In this document: positions 55,577 to 64,000 of the stretch, in pieces
Numbering within the stretch: the first letter of the stretch is position 1
How the letters are laid out: every line of letters starts with the position of its first letter
Assembly (NCBI GenBank): GCA_036504855.1
Contig: DASXUL010000039.1
Location: 15,582 to 79,581 of the forward strand
From: Armatimonadota bacterium
GTDB lineage: Bacteria > Armatimonadota > DTGP01 > JAKQQT01
Reading direction: 5' to 3'
Length of the DNA: 64,000 bases
The notes under the pieces: generated by a model
Database searches by the model: none
Seen by the model: only the letters and a program-made list of their open reading frames with translations
Told to the model about the DNA's origin: nothing
Made by a program: the position numbers and the translations under genes

Positions 55577-55792
55577 TCCGCGGAGCATCGACCGGGGCGG
55601 CAGAGGCCGCCCCGGAAAGAGGCGAGGTCCTCGGCGCCGCCGCCGAGGATGCGCCGCGTGTCGCGTCCGGCGGCTCAGCGGAAGCAACCCGGCGGCGCAG
55701 CGGCCCTGTGACGTGTTATAATACAAAGTACGTGCGCCCCCGCCTCGGGGCGCTTCCTTTTGCTGTTATCACGCTTGTTTCAGAGGGAACCT

Positions 55793-57496
55793 GTGTCTAT
55801 TGCATCCCCCGGCGGCCAAAACCCGTCGTACGACGAGTTGCTGGTCAAGTTCAACGAACTGCTGGAAAAGAACCGGCAACTGGAAGAGCAGCTCGCCGCC
55901 CCGGCGACGACTTCCACCAAAGATGAGCCGGTTGCGGCCTCCATCACCGCGCCCGCCGAATTCGTGGAAACGCTCACCCGTTTGCTCATGAAGATCGCCA
56001 TGATCATCCAGGCGGAAAAGGCGCTCTACATGACGTATGACCGCCGCACGGATGAGCTGGTGGCCCGCGAGCCGGCGTTTGGAATCCCCGGCGAGTACCT
56101 CGCCGATATCCGCCTCAGCGCGAAGCAGGGCCTCGCCTCCGAGACGTTCCGCGCGGGCGAGCCCCGCATTTGGAAGACGCCCAACGAAGCCCCCGTTCTG
56201 GCGCAGTTCGGCGCCCGCAACGGGCTCATCGTGCCGCTTGATGTGGAACACAAGGACGATAACGGCCGCGTTGTGGAAGCCCGCCGCGTTGGCCTGCTGC
56301 TCGTGTTCAACAAGCGGTTTGGCGGTCAGTTCGTCCCGGAAGACGTGAAGCTCCTCGCCATGCTCAGCCGCCAGGCCGCCGCCGTGCTGGCCCAGGCCCG
56401 CATGTTCGAGGAGATCATTGAGGAGAAGGAGCGCTACGAAGCCACGTTTGAAAGCGTGAGCGTGGGCCTCCTCATGGTGCAGAATGACGGCATCGTCTCC
56501 GAGATCAACGCCTCCGCCCGCCGCATCTTCCACCTGGAGAACGGTTCAGACGGCGCCGGTCATCCCTTTGACGCCATCATTACAGACCCCGCCGCGCTCT
56601 CCATCATGAAGTCGGCCCTCTCCGGCGAGGAGGGCATGGCCGAGATCACCGCCAACCTCGGCGACGAGGGAGACCAGCGCCCCACCATCTTCCGCATGCA
56701 GGCCGCTCAAATCCATGGGCAGGACCGCCAGCCCGCCGGAGCCGTGGCCGTGTTCAGCGATATCACGGACGTCCGCAACGCGGAGCGCAGCAAAACCTCC
56801 TTCATCGACGCCGCCGCGCATGACCTCCGCAACCCGATGGCAGCCATCAAGGGCTTCGCCGAAACGCTCCTCTCGGACCCCGACGAGGACATGTTCACGA
56901 AGGAAGACCGCCAGGAGTTCCTCGGCATCATCGCCAAGTCCTGTAAGCGCCAGCTCGGCATGATCAGCGACCTGCTGAACATCGCCAAGATCGACGCCGG
57001 AAAGGCCCTCGATCTCCACCTGGCCCCCGTCCGCGTCGGCGAGATCGTTGAAGATGTCGTTCGCCTGGACCAGGAGAACACGAGCCTTCATACCTATCAG
57101 GTGGACATTGACCCGGCGGCCCCGCCGGTAATCGCCGACGAGGTGAAGGTAGACCGCATGATCACCAACCTCGTCACCAACGCCCGCAAATACAGCCCGG
57201 ACGGCGGCGAGATCCACATCTCGGTGAAGTACATCCCAGACGGCGAAAAGGTGCAGGTGGCCGTTGCGGATCAGGGCCTCGGCATTCCGAAGGACCAGCT
57301 TCCGCGCATGTTCGGCAAGTTCAGCCGCGTCAAGGCGAAGGGCTTTGAGAACATCCCGGGCACCGGCCTGGGCCTGAGCATGGTGAAGAACCTGGTTGAG
57401 CTGCACGGCGGGCGCATCTGGGTGGAATCCGAGTACGGCAAAGGGTCCACGTTCACCTTCCAGCTCCCGGTTCACGGGCCGAAGACCGAGCAGTAG
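55793..57496 (+). CDS. Sensor histidine kinase (GAF-PAS-HisKA-HATPase_c), cytoplasmic
   Basis: A GTG start at 55793 has GAGGGA 4 nt upstream. The H-box is AAAHDLRNPMAAIKGF, and the N, G1 and G2 boxes are present (NLVTNARKYS, DQGLGIP, GTGLGLS). Confidence 0.8.
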   Translation: MSIASPGGQNPSYDELLVKFNELLEKNRQLEEQLAAPATTSTKDEPVAASITAPAEFVETLTRLLMKIAMIIQAEKALYMTYDRRTDELVAREPAFGIPGEYLADIRLSAKQGLASETFRAGEPRIWKTPNEAPVLAQFGARNGLIVPLDVEHKDDNGRVVEARRVGLLLVFNKRFGGQFVPEDVKLLAMLSRQAAAVLAQARMFEEIIEEKERYEATFESVSVGLLMVQNDGIVSEINASARRIFHLENGSDGAGHPFDAIITDPAALSIMKSALSGEEGMAEITANLGDEGDQRPTIFRMQAAQIHGQDRQPAGAVAVFSDITDVRNAERSKTSFIDAAAHDLRNPMAAIKGFAETLLSDPDEDMFTKEDRQEFLGIIAKSCKRQLGMISDLLNIAKIDAGKALDLHLAPVRVGEIVEDVVRLDQENTSLHTYQVDIDPAAPPVIADEVKVDRMITNLVTNARKYSPDGGEIHISVKYIPDGEKVQVAVADQGLGIPKDQLPRMFGKFSRVKAKGFENIPGTGLGLSMVKNLVELHGGRIWVESEYGKGSTFTFQLPVHGPKTEQ

Positions 57497-57502
57497 GGTT
57501 AA

Positions 57503-57532
57503 GCAGCCCCGCCCTTCCCTGGGCGGGGCTGC
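57503..57532. terminator. Bidirectional terminator hairpin between convergent genes
   Basis: gcagccccgccc / ttccct / gggcggggctgc, located immediately after the HK stop and ending at the NRAMP stop. Confidence 0.6.
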
Positions 57533-58843
57533 CTACCGCATGGTCGCGAATAGTCCCACGCTGGCGGCTGCCATCACGGCGGTCGCCAGCCAGCCCACGG
57601 CTCGCAACGTTCTGCCCGTCACCACGAATTTCCCCATGACCTTCGGGTTAGAGGCCATCTGCATCAGGACCACCATCACCGGCACGGCGACCACGCCGTT
57701 GATGACCGCGCTCCAGAACAGCGCCTTGATGGGGTCCAGCTTGACCAACACGATGCCCAGCCCCAGCAACGTGGCCACCGAAAGCACCGCGTAGAACCCC
57801 CTCGCATCCAGCGGCTTCCGCTCCAACCCCACCGGCCATTTCAGCGCCTCTCCGACCGCGTAGGCGGCGCTGCCCGCCAGCACCGGCACGGCCAACAGAC
57901 CGGTTCCCACGATTCCCAGCGCGAACAGGGTGGAAGCGAATCGGCCGGCGATGGGCTTCAGCGCCTCAGCGGCTTGGGCGCTGGTCTGGATGTCGGTTAC
58001 GCCATGCGCATGGAGCGTGACGGCGGCGCTGAGGATGATGAAGAATGCGACGACGTTGGAGACCAGCATGCCGAATGCGGTGTCGATCCGGATGCGCCGA
58101 AGCTGAACGCGCGCCTGCTCCGGAGCCTTCTTCAGCGGTTCCTCTTCCTCGTTGACCTTTACCTCCTCGGACTCCTGCGAGGCCTGCCAGAAGAAGAGGT
58201 AAGGGCTGATGGTAGTGCCGAGCACGGCCACCAGGGCGGCCAGATGCGAGGGTTCCAGGCTGATAGTGGGGGTTACTGCTCCGCGCAACGCCGCGCCCCA
58301 AGGCGCCCTCTCCACAAATGCCGTCACCACGTAGGAGAACACGACCAGCGTCAGCCACTTCAGCAGATTGGCATCGCGCGTGTAGCTGACGAAGACCTGA
58401 AGGAGCACCGACAGCACGGCGAAACCCACCGCGTAGAGCGGAGCCGGCCCGCCGATGAGGAGCTTGCACGCGGCGCCCATGGCTCCAATGTCTGCCCCGA
58501 GGTTGATCGTGTTGGCAACGAGGAGCAGGATGACGATGGGGTAGAGGAGCCAGCGGGAGTAGTGCCGGCGAAGGTTGCCCGCCAGCCCGCGCCCCGTGAT
58601 GCGCCCGATTCGCGCCGAGATCTCCTGCACGGCCGTCATCAAGGGATAAGTGAATACCACGCTCCACAGCATCGTGTAGCCGAACTGAGCGCCCACCTGG
58701 CTGTATGTGGCGATTCCGCTGGGGTCGTCATCAGACGCGCCGGTCACGAGGCCGGGGCCCAGCATCTTCAGAATGCCATGGGCGCGCTCCGGGTCTTCCG
58801 TGGCGGTCGGCGCGCTGGGGCGGCCGGCAGACCGAGTTGCCAT
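57533..58843 (-). CDS. NRAMP-family divalent metal (Mn2+/Fe2+) transporter
   Basis: A start at 58843 has GGAGGAG 9 nt upstream. It contains LGPGLVTGASDDDPSGIATYSQVGAQFGY (the DPGN-type motif region) and 11 to 12 transmembrane helices. Confidence 0.8.
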   Translation of the reverse strand: MATRSAGRPSAPTATEDPERAHGILKMLGPGLVTGASDDDPSGIATYSQVGAQFGYTMLWSVVFTYPLMTAVQEISARIGRITGRGLAGNLRRHYSRWLLYPIVILLLVANTINLGADIGAMGAACKLLIGGPAPLYAVGFAVLSVLLQVFVSYTRDANLLKWLTLVVFSYVVTAFVERAPWGAALRGAVTPTISLEPSHLAALVAVLGTTISPYLFFWQASQESEEVKVNEEEEPLKKAPEQARVQLRRIRIDTAFGMLVSNVVAFFIILSAAVTLHAHGVTDIQTSAQAAEALKPIAGRFASTLFALGIVGTGLLAVPVLAGSAAYAVGEALKWPVGLERKPLDARGFYAVLSVATLLGLGIVLVKLDPIKALFWSAVINGVVAVPVMVVLMQMASNPKVMGKFVVTGRTLRAVGWLATAVMAAASVGLFATMR

Positions 58844-59020
58844 ATGGGTAGTCTCCTCCCGTCGATGCCGCCCGGCCGGCAAGGGCGCCGGAACTATCGA
58901 GCGGCGGACACACTGTGTATGCTCGTGAACGGCGGCTCTCTAAACCAGCGGGCTTGACCCTCCCGCGCCCCGGGCGCACAGGATGGGCGTGACCCCACTC
59001 AACCGGAGGAACCACGGACC

Positions 59021-59668
59021 ATGCCCCAGCCTGATCTTCTACGCGGAGCGCGCCGCATTGCATGCCTCGGCGACAGCATTACCGAACAGGGCGATGCGCC
59101 CGGCGGCTACGTATCGATTCTGCGGGAGGAAGCCAACCGGCTATATCCGGAGCCGGGCATTGAGGTGATTGGCGCCGGCGTGGGAGGGAACCGCAGCAAC
59201 GATATGCGTTCGCGGTTCCAGGGCGACATCCTCCGCCGCCGCCCGGACTTCTTCACGCTCTCCTGCGGCATCAACGACGTTTGGAGTGGATTCGACCCCT
59301 TCCACCCGGATGGCGGCGGCCCCCGCGCCGTGTCGCTATCGGCATACCGCCGGAACATCCAGGCGATGGTGGAAGCCGCCCAGGCCGAGCGCGTGCTGGC
59401 CGTGGTGCTCTCGACCACCGTTCTGGAGGAAGACGCCAACAGCAAGGGAAACCTGCTGCTCAAAGACTACAACGCTATCCTCAAGCACATCGCGGACCTC
59501 ACGGGGAGCCCCCATATCGACCTGTACACGCCCTTCCTGGAGGAGATCGCCCGCCATCGCGCCGAAACCGGCGATCGCAAGCTCTGGCTGACCGTGGACG
59601 GCGTGCACCTCAACGGTCGCGGGAACGCCCTGATGGCCCGCCTGATCCTCGCCGGCATCAGCGGCTAA
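59021..59668 (+). CDS. SGNH/GDSL-family hydrolase
   Basis: GGAGGA lies 7 nt upstream. Block I is GDSIT, with Gly and Asn in later blocks and a catalytic DGVH near the C-terminus. Confidence 0.8.
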   Translation: MPQPDLLRGARRIACLGDSITEQGDAPGGYVSILREEANRLYPEPGIEVIGAGVGGNRSNDMRSRFQGDILRRRPDFFTLSCGINDVWSGFDPFHPDGGGPRAVSLSAYRRNIQAMVEAAQAERVLAVVLSTTVLEEDANSKGNLLLKDYNAILKHIADLTGSPHIDLYTPFLEEIARHRAETGDRKLWLTVDGVHLNGRGNALMARLILAGISG

Positions 59669-60932
59669 CCGGCCGCTTGCGGGCGGGATATGGCCCGCTT
59701 TGACCGGATGCCTCGCGCACCGCGGCGATGCGGTCCGCCATCTGCGCCTCTCCGAACGACCGGGAGCCGTCGGGTGCGGCCAACTTCCGGATGGCGGATT
59801 CCGCGGCGTCCGGGCGCCCCGTCATTCGCATGGCGTGAACGTCGGCGGCGATCTGTCCCAGCCGGGCGGCCCGCCGGAGACCGGACATCGTGCCGATGAC
59901 GAGCATGGCGACTCCTGCCGCGGCGAGGAAGCCCCACTGGATCAACTGATCGGGCGCCTTTCCAATCTGGATGCACGCCAGCGCGATGGCCGCGCCGCCG
60001 ATCAGCGGGGGCAGTACGACCGATGGCGTGGCGTACGGGATCCCCGGAGCCATGGCGCGGGCGAGCGCGAACTTCAGCTCTTCCCGCGAAAACGTGTCCA
60101 TCAAGCGCCGCGAGACCACAAAATGCCCGTTCATGTCCGTGACCCTGCACAGGGTGCGTCCCCAGATGCCCTCGTCGACCAGGGCCTCCCAAACGTGTCG
60201 CCCGCGTTCGGCGCCGAGCGACCGCGCCAGAGCCAGAAGATCGGGGTCCTCCGATTTCCGCTCGAAACGCGCCAGCGGCCGCGCGGCGTGGTGCTGGATC
60301 AACAGGCCCAGCATGGGAACCGCGAAGGACCCGATCAACGCCGCCAGAACGTTCCTGGCGCCGGGCCCGTCCCAGTGCATGAGGATTGGGGCGACGAGGA
60401 TCAGTGCGACGAGCGCGGCGTTCCACCGGCCCGCGCGGGCCAGGAGGACCTTCTCCTCCTGGAGGACATGGGATGAGAGCATGACGAGGCTGTTCCGCTG
60501 ATCGCCCCAGGTGCAACTCATGCTCGCGGCAACTCCAGCGAACAGGCCTGGCATGAGGGTCGCCCAGACTCCCGTCCACTTGTCGGTTGACCCCAGCCAT
60601 CCGGATGCAAGGCGCACATCCGTGCCGGCCACGATGGCAAGCCCCGCCACGGCGAGGCAGATCAGGGCGGTAGCGCCCGACGCAATGCGCCAACGCGGCG
60701 GCGGCGGAGGCCCGCTGAAGCCCTCCGGGCGGGAGCCCGTCCAGATATCGGCGACCATGAACGCGACCGCCAGAACCGCAAGGACCGCCATGAGGGCGAT
60801 AGCCTGCGCGTCAACGGGGCTCAGCGGCGCTGGGGCCAGCGCGCCGGGCGATCCGGCCCCCCAGGCGGGGGCCGATGAAGCCGCGATTAGGGCGGCGAGC
60901 GCTTGGCTGGTTGGACGGTATGATCGCATCAT
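59658..60932 (-). CDS. Polytopic membrane protein, paralog 1 of a tandem family, with a degenerate M48/M56-peptidase-like core lacking HExxH
   Basis: An N-terminal ...SAPAWGAGS... is followed by a transmembrane helix and then ADIWTG...GPPPPPRWRIA. The core WGRTLCRVTDMNGHFVVSRRLMDTFSREELKFALARAMAPG aligns to the M48 block of 20002..20760, but with ALARA in place of HEMAH. The C-terminus is AAESAIRKLA...ARKRPVSR. Confidence 0.55.
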   Translation of the reverse strand: MMRSYRPTSQALAALIAASSAPAWGAGSPGALAPAPLSPVDAQAIALMAVLAVLAVAFMVADIWTGSRPEGFSGPPPPPRWRIASGATALICLAVAGLAIVAGTDVRLASGWLGSTDKWTGVWATLMPGLFAGVAASMSCTWGDQRNSLVMLSSHVLQEEKVLLARAGRWNAALVALILVAPILMHWDGPGARNVLAALIGSFAVPMLGLLIQHHAARPLARFERKSEDPDLLALARSLGAERGRHVWEALVDEGIWGRTLCRVTDMNGHFVVSRRLMDTFSREELKFALARAMAPGIPYATPSVVLPPLIGGAAIALACIQIGKAPDQLIQWGFLAAAGVAMLVIGTMSGLRRAARLGQIAADVHAMRMTGRPDAAESAIRKLAAPDGSRSFGEAQMADRIAAVREASGQSGPYPARKRPVSR

Positions 60933-61015
60933 CGCTGGAAGCGGCGCCGAGTTGTTCGCCGTCTATATGTCGCCCAATGATCGGGCATGGGCGGAACTCG
61001 GTTGCCGCGATTGCG

Positions 61016-62281
61016 TTACCGGCCGATCGGCCGCTTGCGAGCGAAGATCAGCCCGCGTTGGCTGGCCGCTTCACGAAGGCGCGCGATGCATGCCTCCGCG
61101 CGGTCCTTGCTGAAACCAGCTTCCTGTACGCGTCCCCCAGCCATCTTGCGGATCGCCGATTCCGCGGCATCGGGGTCTCCGGTAGCCGCCAACGCTCGGA
61201 TGGCGGCAGCCTCGTATCCCCGGCGGATCGTCCACGCCCAGATGGGGATGGCGGCCACAAGGAGGGCTATGCTGGCAGCCGATGCCTCCATGAAGATCGC
61301 GTAATGGTGGTCGAGGCGTCCGTGCAGCAGGATTCCCGTGGCGGTCACCGGCGTGAAGGCCGCCAATAGCGCAAGGCAACCGGGCGCGAATGCTCGGGGT
61401 CCGGGAAGGGCCATGAGGAACGACAGCGCATAGTCCTCTTCCGCTTCGGTGAACGTATCCGCCGCGTGTTGGGAGATGGCGATCCAGTGGCGCCCCATGG
61501 TGAACTCGCTGGCCGTCTGGTCCCCCGAACCGTGAGTGATGACGGCCTTGCGGATATCGCGGTTGACGTCGGGGTTGAGTGAGCGCACGCGCGCCAGGAG
61601 CGCGGGGTCGGGCGTTTCGTCCCATCGCGCCAGCCGCAGGTCCGCCATAATGGCGGCAAGCCCAATCGCCGCAGCCGCGAGTGCGCTCGCCGATGCCGCC
61701 AGCAGATTGCTTCGGCCTGGAACGCTGGTGGTGATCGCGTGCAGGAGGATCACGGAGGGAGCGCCGAAGAGCCCGATGAGGAACCCGTACCGCGCTCGAT
61801 CCGCCTTCTCCTCCGCGCTCTTGTTTGGGCTGTTCAGCGCCGGGCTGAACCGGCGGAACGCGCCCCAACCCACGCTGACGGCGGCAGAGCACAACGCCAG
61901 CGCGGCGGCGGCCAGCAGAAGCGGAGCGCCGTCCGATGGCTTGGACGGACCCAGCCAGGCATGGGCGATACGGGCGCCCAGGCCGGAGTGGAGGCCAACC
62001 GCACAGGCCGCCGCGCTGATGAGCGCGGCGATGGCGGCGGCGATGCGCAGGCGGGGGCCGGGCGGCGGTCCGGTGAAGCTCTCCCGACGGAGGCCCTTCC
62101 GGATATCGGCGAACGCCAGCGCCACGGCCAATGCGCTGAGCGCAAGCAGCAGCCCGAGGATGGCGACGTCGCCATGGCTCAGACCGGCGCCGACGAGCGG
62201 GCTGGTCGACGCGGCCCCCCAGGCGGGAACGGTTAGGCCGGCCATCAGGGCGATGGACATGAGTGACGTGTTGCGATGCAT
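61016..62281 (-). CDS. Polytopic membrane protein, paralog 2 of the same family
   Basis: It shares ...VPAWGAAS..., ADIRKGLRRESFTGPPPGPRLRIAA, the core HWIAISQHAADTFTEAEEDYALSFLMALPG, and the C-terminus ATGDPDAAESAIRKMA...ARKRPIGR. Confidence 0.55.
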   Translation of the reverse strand: MHRNTSLMSIALMAGLTVPAWGAASTSPLVGAGLSHGDVAILGLLLALSALAVALAFADIRKGLRRESFTGPPPGPRLRIAAAIAALISAAACAVGLHSGLGARIAHAWLGPSKPSDGAPLLLAAAALALCSAAVSVGWGAFRRFSPALNSPNKSAEEKADRARYGFLIGLFGAPSVILLHAITTSVPGRSNLLAASASALAAAAIGLAAIMADLRLARWDETPDPALLARVRSLNPDVNRDIRKAVITHGSGDQTASEFTMGRHWIAISQHAADTFTEAEEDYALSFLMALPGPRAFAPGCLALLAAFTPVTATGILLHGRLDHHYAIFMEASAASIALLVAAIPIWAWTIRRGYEAAAIRALAATGDPDAAESAIRKMAGGRVQEAGFSKDRAEACIARLREAASQRGLIFARKRPIGR

Positions 62282-62384
62282 AGAGTCTTTTGGGGGGGGC
62301 GCGCGGTCCCGGAGGGCGCGCCGCTCGCCTTGCCTTCAGTATGCACTACTCGGCGTCCTAGCTCACGGTTTCGTCCATTCGGCG

Positions 62385-63635
62385 TTAGCGGCGATCCGGT
62401 CGCTGGTTTGACGCGATCACGTCCCGGTGGCCCCAGAACTTGCGGAGGTTGGCGATGCGGGCGTTGAGTCTTGCACTGGACGGGTGAATCTCGTTGCCTG
62501 GACCGACGGTGATCAACCGGATGGCAGATTCCGCCGCGCCCAGGCTGCCGGTGGCCTCCAGGGCGCTAAGGTCGGCCTCGGCCTCCAGCCGGCGGGCGTT
62601 GCGCAGGAGACGGGCGAAGGCGAATCCGAAAGCGATGCCGGCGAAGATCAGGGAAGTGATGGTGGTGACTGCGAGGCTTCCGCCGTGGCGGCTTGCGCCA
62701 CGCTGGGCAGAGGCATAGCAGGCTGCGGCGCCGATGACGCCGCCGGTCAGCATCCTCCAGAATCCGCCATCCGTTGCGCGAGACCGCGAAGCGATCGCGG
62801 CGCGCGCCAGGGCGAAGTCCATCTCGTCTGGCGAGGCGACGTCGGCCAGGCGGCGGCTAACCGTGATCCGCCCGCCGCGGAAGACAGCGGCGCGCGCGGT
62901 TCTGCCCCAACGCCCTTCGTCGATCACGGCCTCGCGGATGGGGATGCCCCTCCGAACGGTGAGCAAGCGGGCGCGCTCCAGTGTCGCCGCGTCCGGGGTT
63001 TCCTCCCAGTGGGCCAGCCGTCGGTTTCCAAGGGCCTCCGCGACGGCTTCACATATGATCGGCGGCAGCGTCGCCGTTAGGGCGGCTGGCAGCGACGAGT
63101 GAACGAAGCGGCTGGAGTGCGGGACGCTCAGCCAGGATGCGGCCACGAAGACGAGCGATCTGTACACCCCGTCGCGGGCGCGCTCGGCGCGCTCCTCTAG
63201 CGACAGACCCGCATCGTTCAGTTTCCGGTTGAAGCGGCGGCGGTATCCCCACGCTGCGCTCAACCCGGCGGCGTAGAGGGCGAACGCGAGAGGGAGAACC
63301 ACGACGAGCCCACCGTTTCGCGCGCCCAGTGCGCCCGCCAGGAGGCTGGCGACGCGATCTCCCAGCCCGGTTGTGCCCGCATGCCAGATGACGCCTACGC
63401 TCAACAGCGCGGCCATCACAGAGGCGATGCGCCACCGCGCCGAGGGCGGCGGGCCGGCGAGGCTCTCCATCCGAACGCCCTTTCGGATGTCGGCAATGGC
63501 GCATACAGCGGCGGCGGCGGCCAGAGCCGGAACCGCGGCGATGACTGCAATGCAGGCGGGATCTTGAACCCCGCCGGTCGCCCAGAGGACCGAGGCGCTC
63601 AGAGAGTTGGATATGGGAAGGGCAAGGGAGAGCAT
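62385..63635 (-). CDS. Polytopic membrane protein, paralog 3 of the same family
   Basis: It shares ADIRKGVRMESLAGPPPSARWRIAS, the core RWGRTARAAVFRGGRITVSRRLADVASPDEMDFALARAAIA, and the C-terminus ATGSLGAAESAIRLI...NQRPDRR. Confidence 0.55.
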   Translation of the reverse strand: MLSLALPISNSLSASVLWATGGVQDPACIAVIAAVPALAAAAAVCAIADIRKGVRMESLAGPPPSARWRIASVMAALLSVGVIWHAGTTGLGDRVASLLAGALGARNGGLVVVLPLAFALYAAGLSAAWGYRRRFNRKLNDAGLSLEERAERARDGVYRSLVFVAASWLSVPHSSRFVHSSLPAALTATLPPIICEAVAEALGNRRLAHWEETPDAATLERARLLTVRRGIPIREAVIDEGRWGRTARAAVFRGGRITVSRRLADVASPDEMDFALARAAIASRSRATDGGFWRMLTGGVIGAAACYASAQRGASRHGGSLAVTTITSLIFAGIAFGFAFARLLRNARRLEAEADLSALEATGSLGAAESAIRLITVGPGNEIHPSSARLNARIANLRKFWGHRDVIASNQRPDRR

Positions 63636-63681
63636 GGTTGTGGGGTAAGAGCCTTGTGTGATGGACGAGTGCTGGCGGGCG

Positions 63682-64000
63682 TCAGCGGACGAGTGGGCGC
63701 TTGCGCGTGAAGGCCAGCCCCTGCTCGCGGGAAGCCTTACGCAGATAGGCGATGCAGCCCTCGGCGCCGCCCTCGATATCCGAGAGGAAGTCCTCCTGCC
63801 CGGCGGCTATCTTTCGGAGGGCCGATTCCGCCGCCTCCAGATCCCCCGTGGCCTTCAGGGCGAGAAGCGCGGATCTCCGGTCGCTCCGGCGCTGTAAGAG
63901 GGCAACGGCCGGAATGGCGACAAGCACCGTTGCTGCGATTATGACCAGCATCCCGAACAGGAAGCGGATGTCGCCCCGAAAGAGGAGCCGGAGCATCCAG
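63682..64000 (-). CDS. Paralog 4 of the same membrane-protein family, with only the C-terminal part inside the window
   Basis: The C-terminus is ATGDLEAAESALRKIA...TRKRPLVR, the same tail motif as paralogs 1 to 3. The ORF is open to the window edge. Confidence 0.5.
   Translation of the reverse strand, partial: WMLRLLFRGDIRFLFGMLVIIAATVLVAIPAVALLQRRSDRRSALLALKATGDLEAAESALRKIAAGQEDFLSDIEGGAEGCIAYLRKASREQGLAFTRKRPLVR

Overview
This is a high-GC (roughly 65-70%) bacterial chromosomal segment with dense coding on both strands. I found no rRNA, tRNA or CRISPR. Because of the GC content, nearly every real gene is shadowed by long antisense or alternate-frame ORFs in the six-frame track, and I rejected those. 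The clearest content is listed below.

- **Dockerin-tagged secreted proteins.** Four secreted proteins end in duplicated dockerin-like Ca-binding repeats: an LTD (lamin-tail-domain) protein, a 1180-aa beta-propeller/Ig-like protein, an S53 sedolisin-type peptidase, and a GHL10-like hydrolase.
- **Pilin operon.** A four-gene operon (major GspG/PilA-like pseudopilin, PilV-like, PilW-like, PilX-like) sits directly downstream, on the same strand, of an O-antigen-ligase (Wzy_C) family protein with C-terminal TPR repeats. That protein is a candidate pilin O-oligosaccharyltransferase.
- **Catabolic locus.** A long minus-strand run encodes a 2-oxoacid dehydrogenase E2, a PHP phosphoesterase, a RhaEW-like bifunctional aldolase/dehydrogenase, a two-Rossmann Zn-ADH, a URO-D-family protein and an MtlD-like dehydrogenase. 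It is transcribed divergently from a DeoR regulator and a fused E1 alpha/beta gene.
- **Other modules.** There is an RsbV-RsbW-sigmaB-type module next to a YtxH gene, and mnmA, rarA, an ABC exporter and two MFS transporters. A small cytochrome c precedes a heptaheme cytochrome c fused to cytochrome b, followed by a GAF-PAS histidine kinase. An NRAMP transporter and an SGNH hydrolase follow.
- **Pseudo-peptidase array.** At least four tandem paralogous membrane proteins at the right edge of the window look like M48/M56-type peptidases that have lost the HExxH motif.

The most unusual non-coding signal is a large load of structured intergenic palindromic elements. One family has five or more copies built from 7-bp tandem units with a TCAG/CTGA core arranged as inverted arrays. 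Several of these supply or overlap the stop or start codons of flanking genes. A second family is a 153-bp MITE-like hairpin with 36-bp terminal inverted repeats, present in two copies. One copy is nested inside a three-layer, roughly 450-bp palindrome between convergent genes, and the other lies in the promoter region of a GIY-YIG nuclease gene. There are also further long hairpins with 39-bp and 21-bp stems. All coordinates and domain calls are from reading the sequence and translations by eye, and no database search was run.
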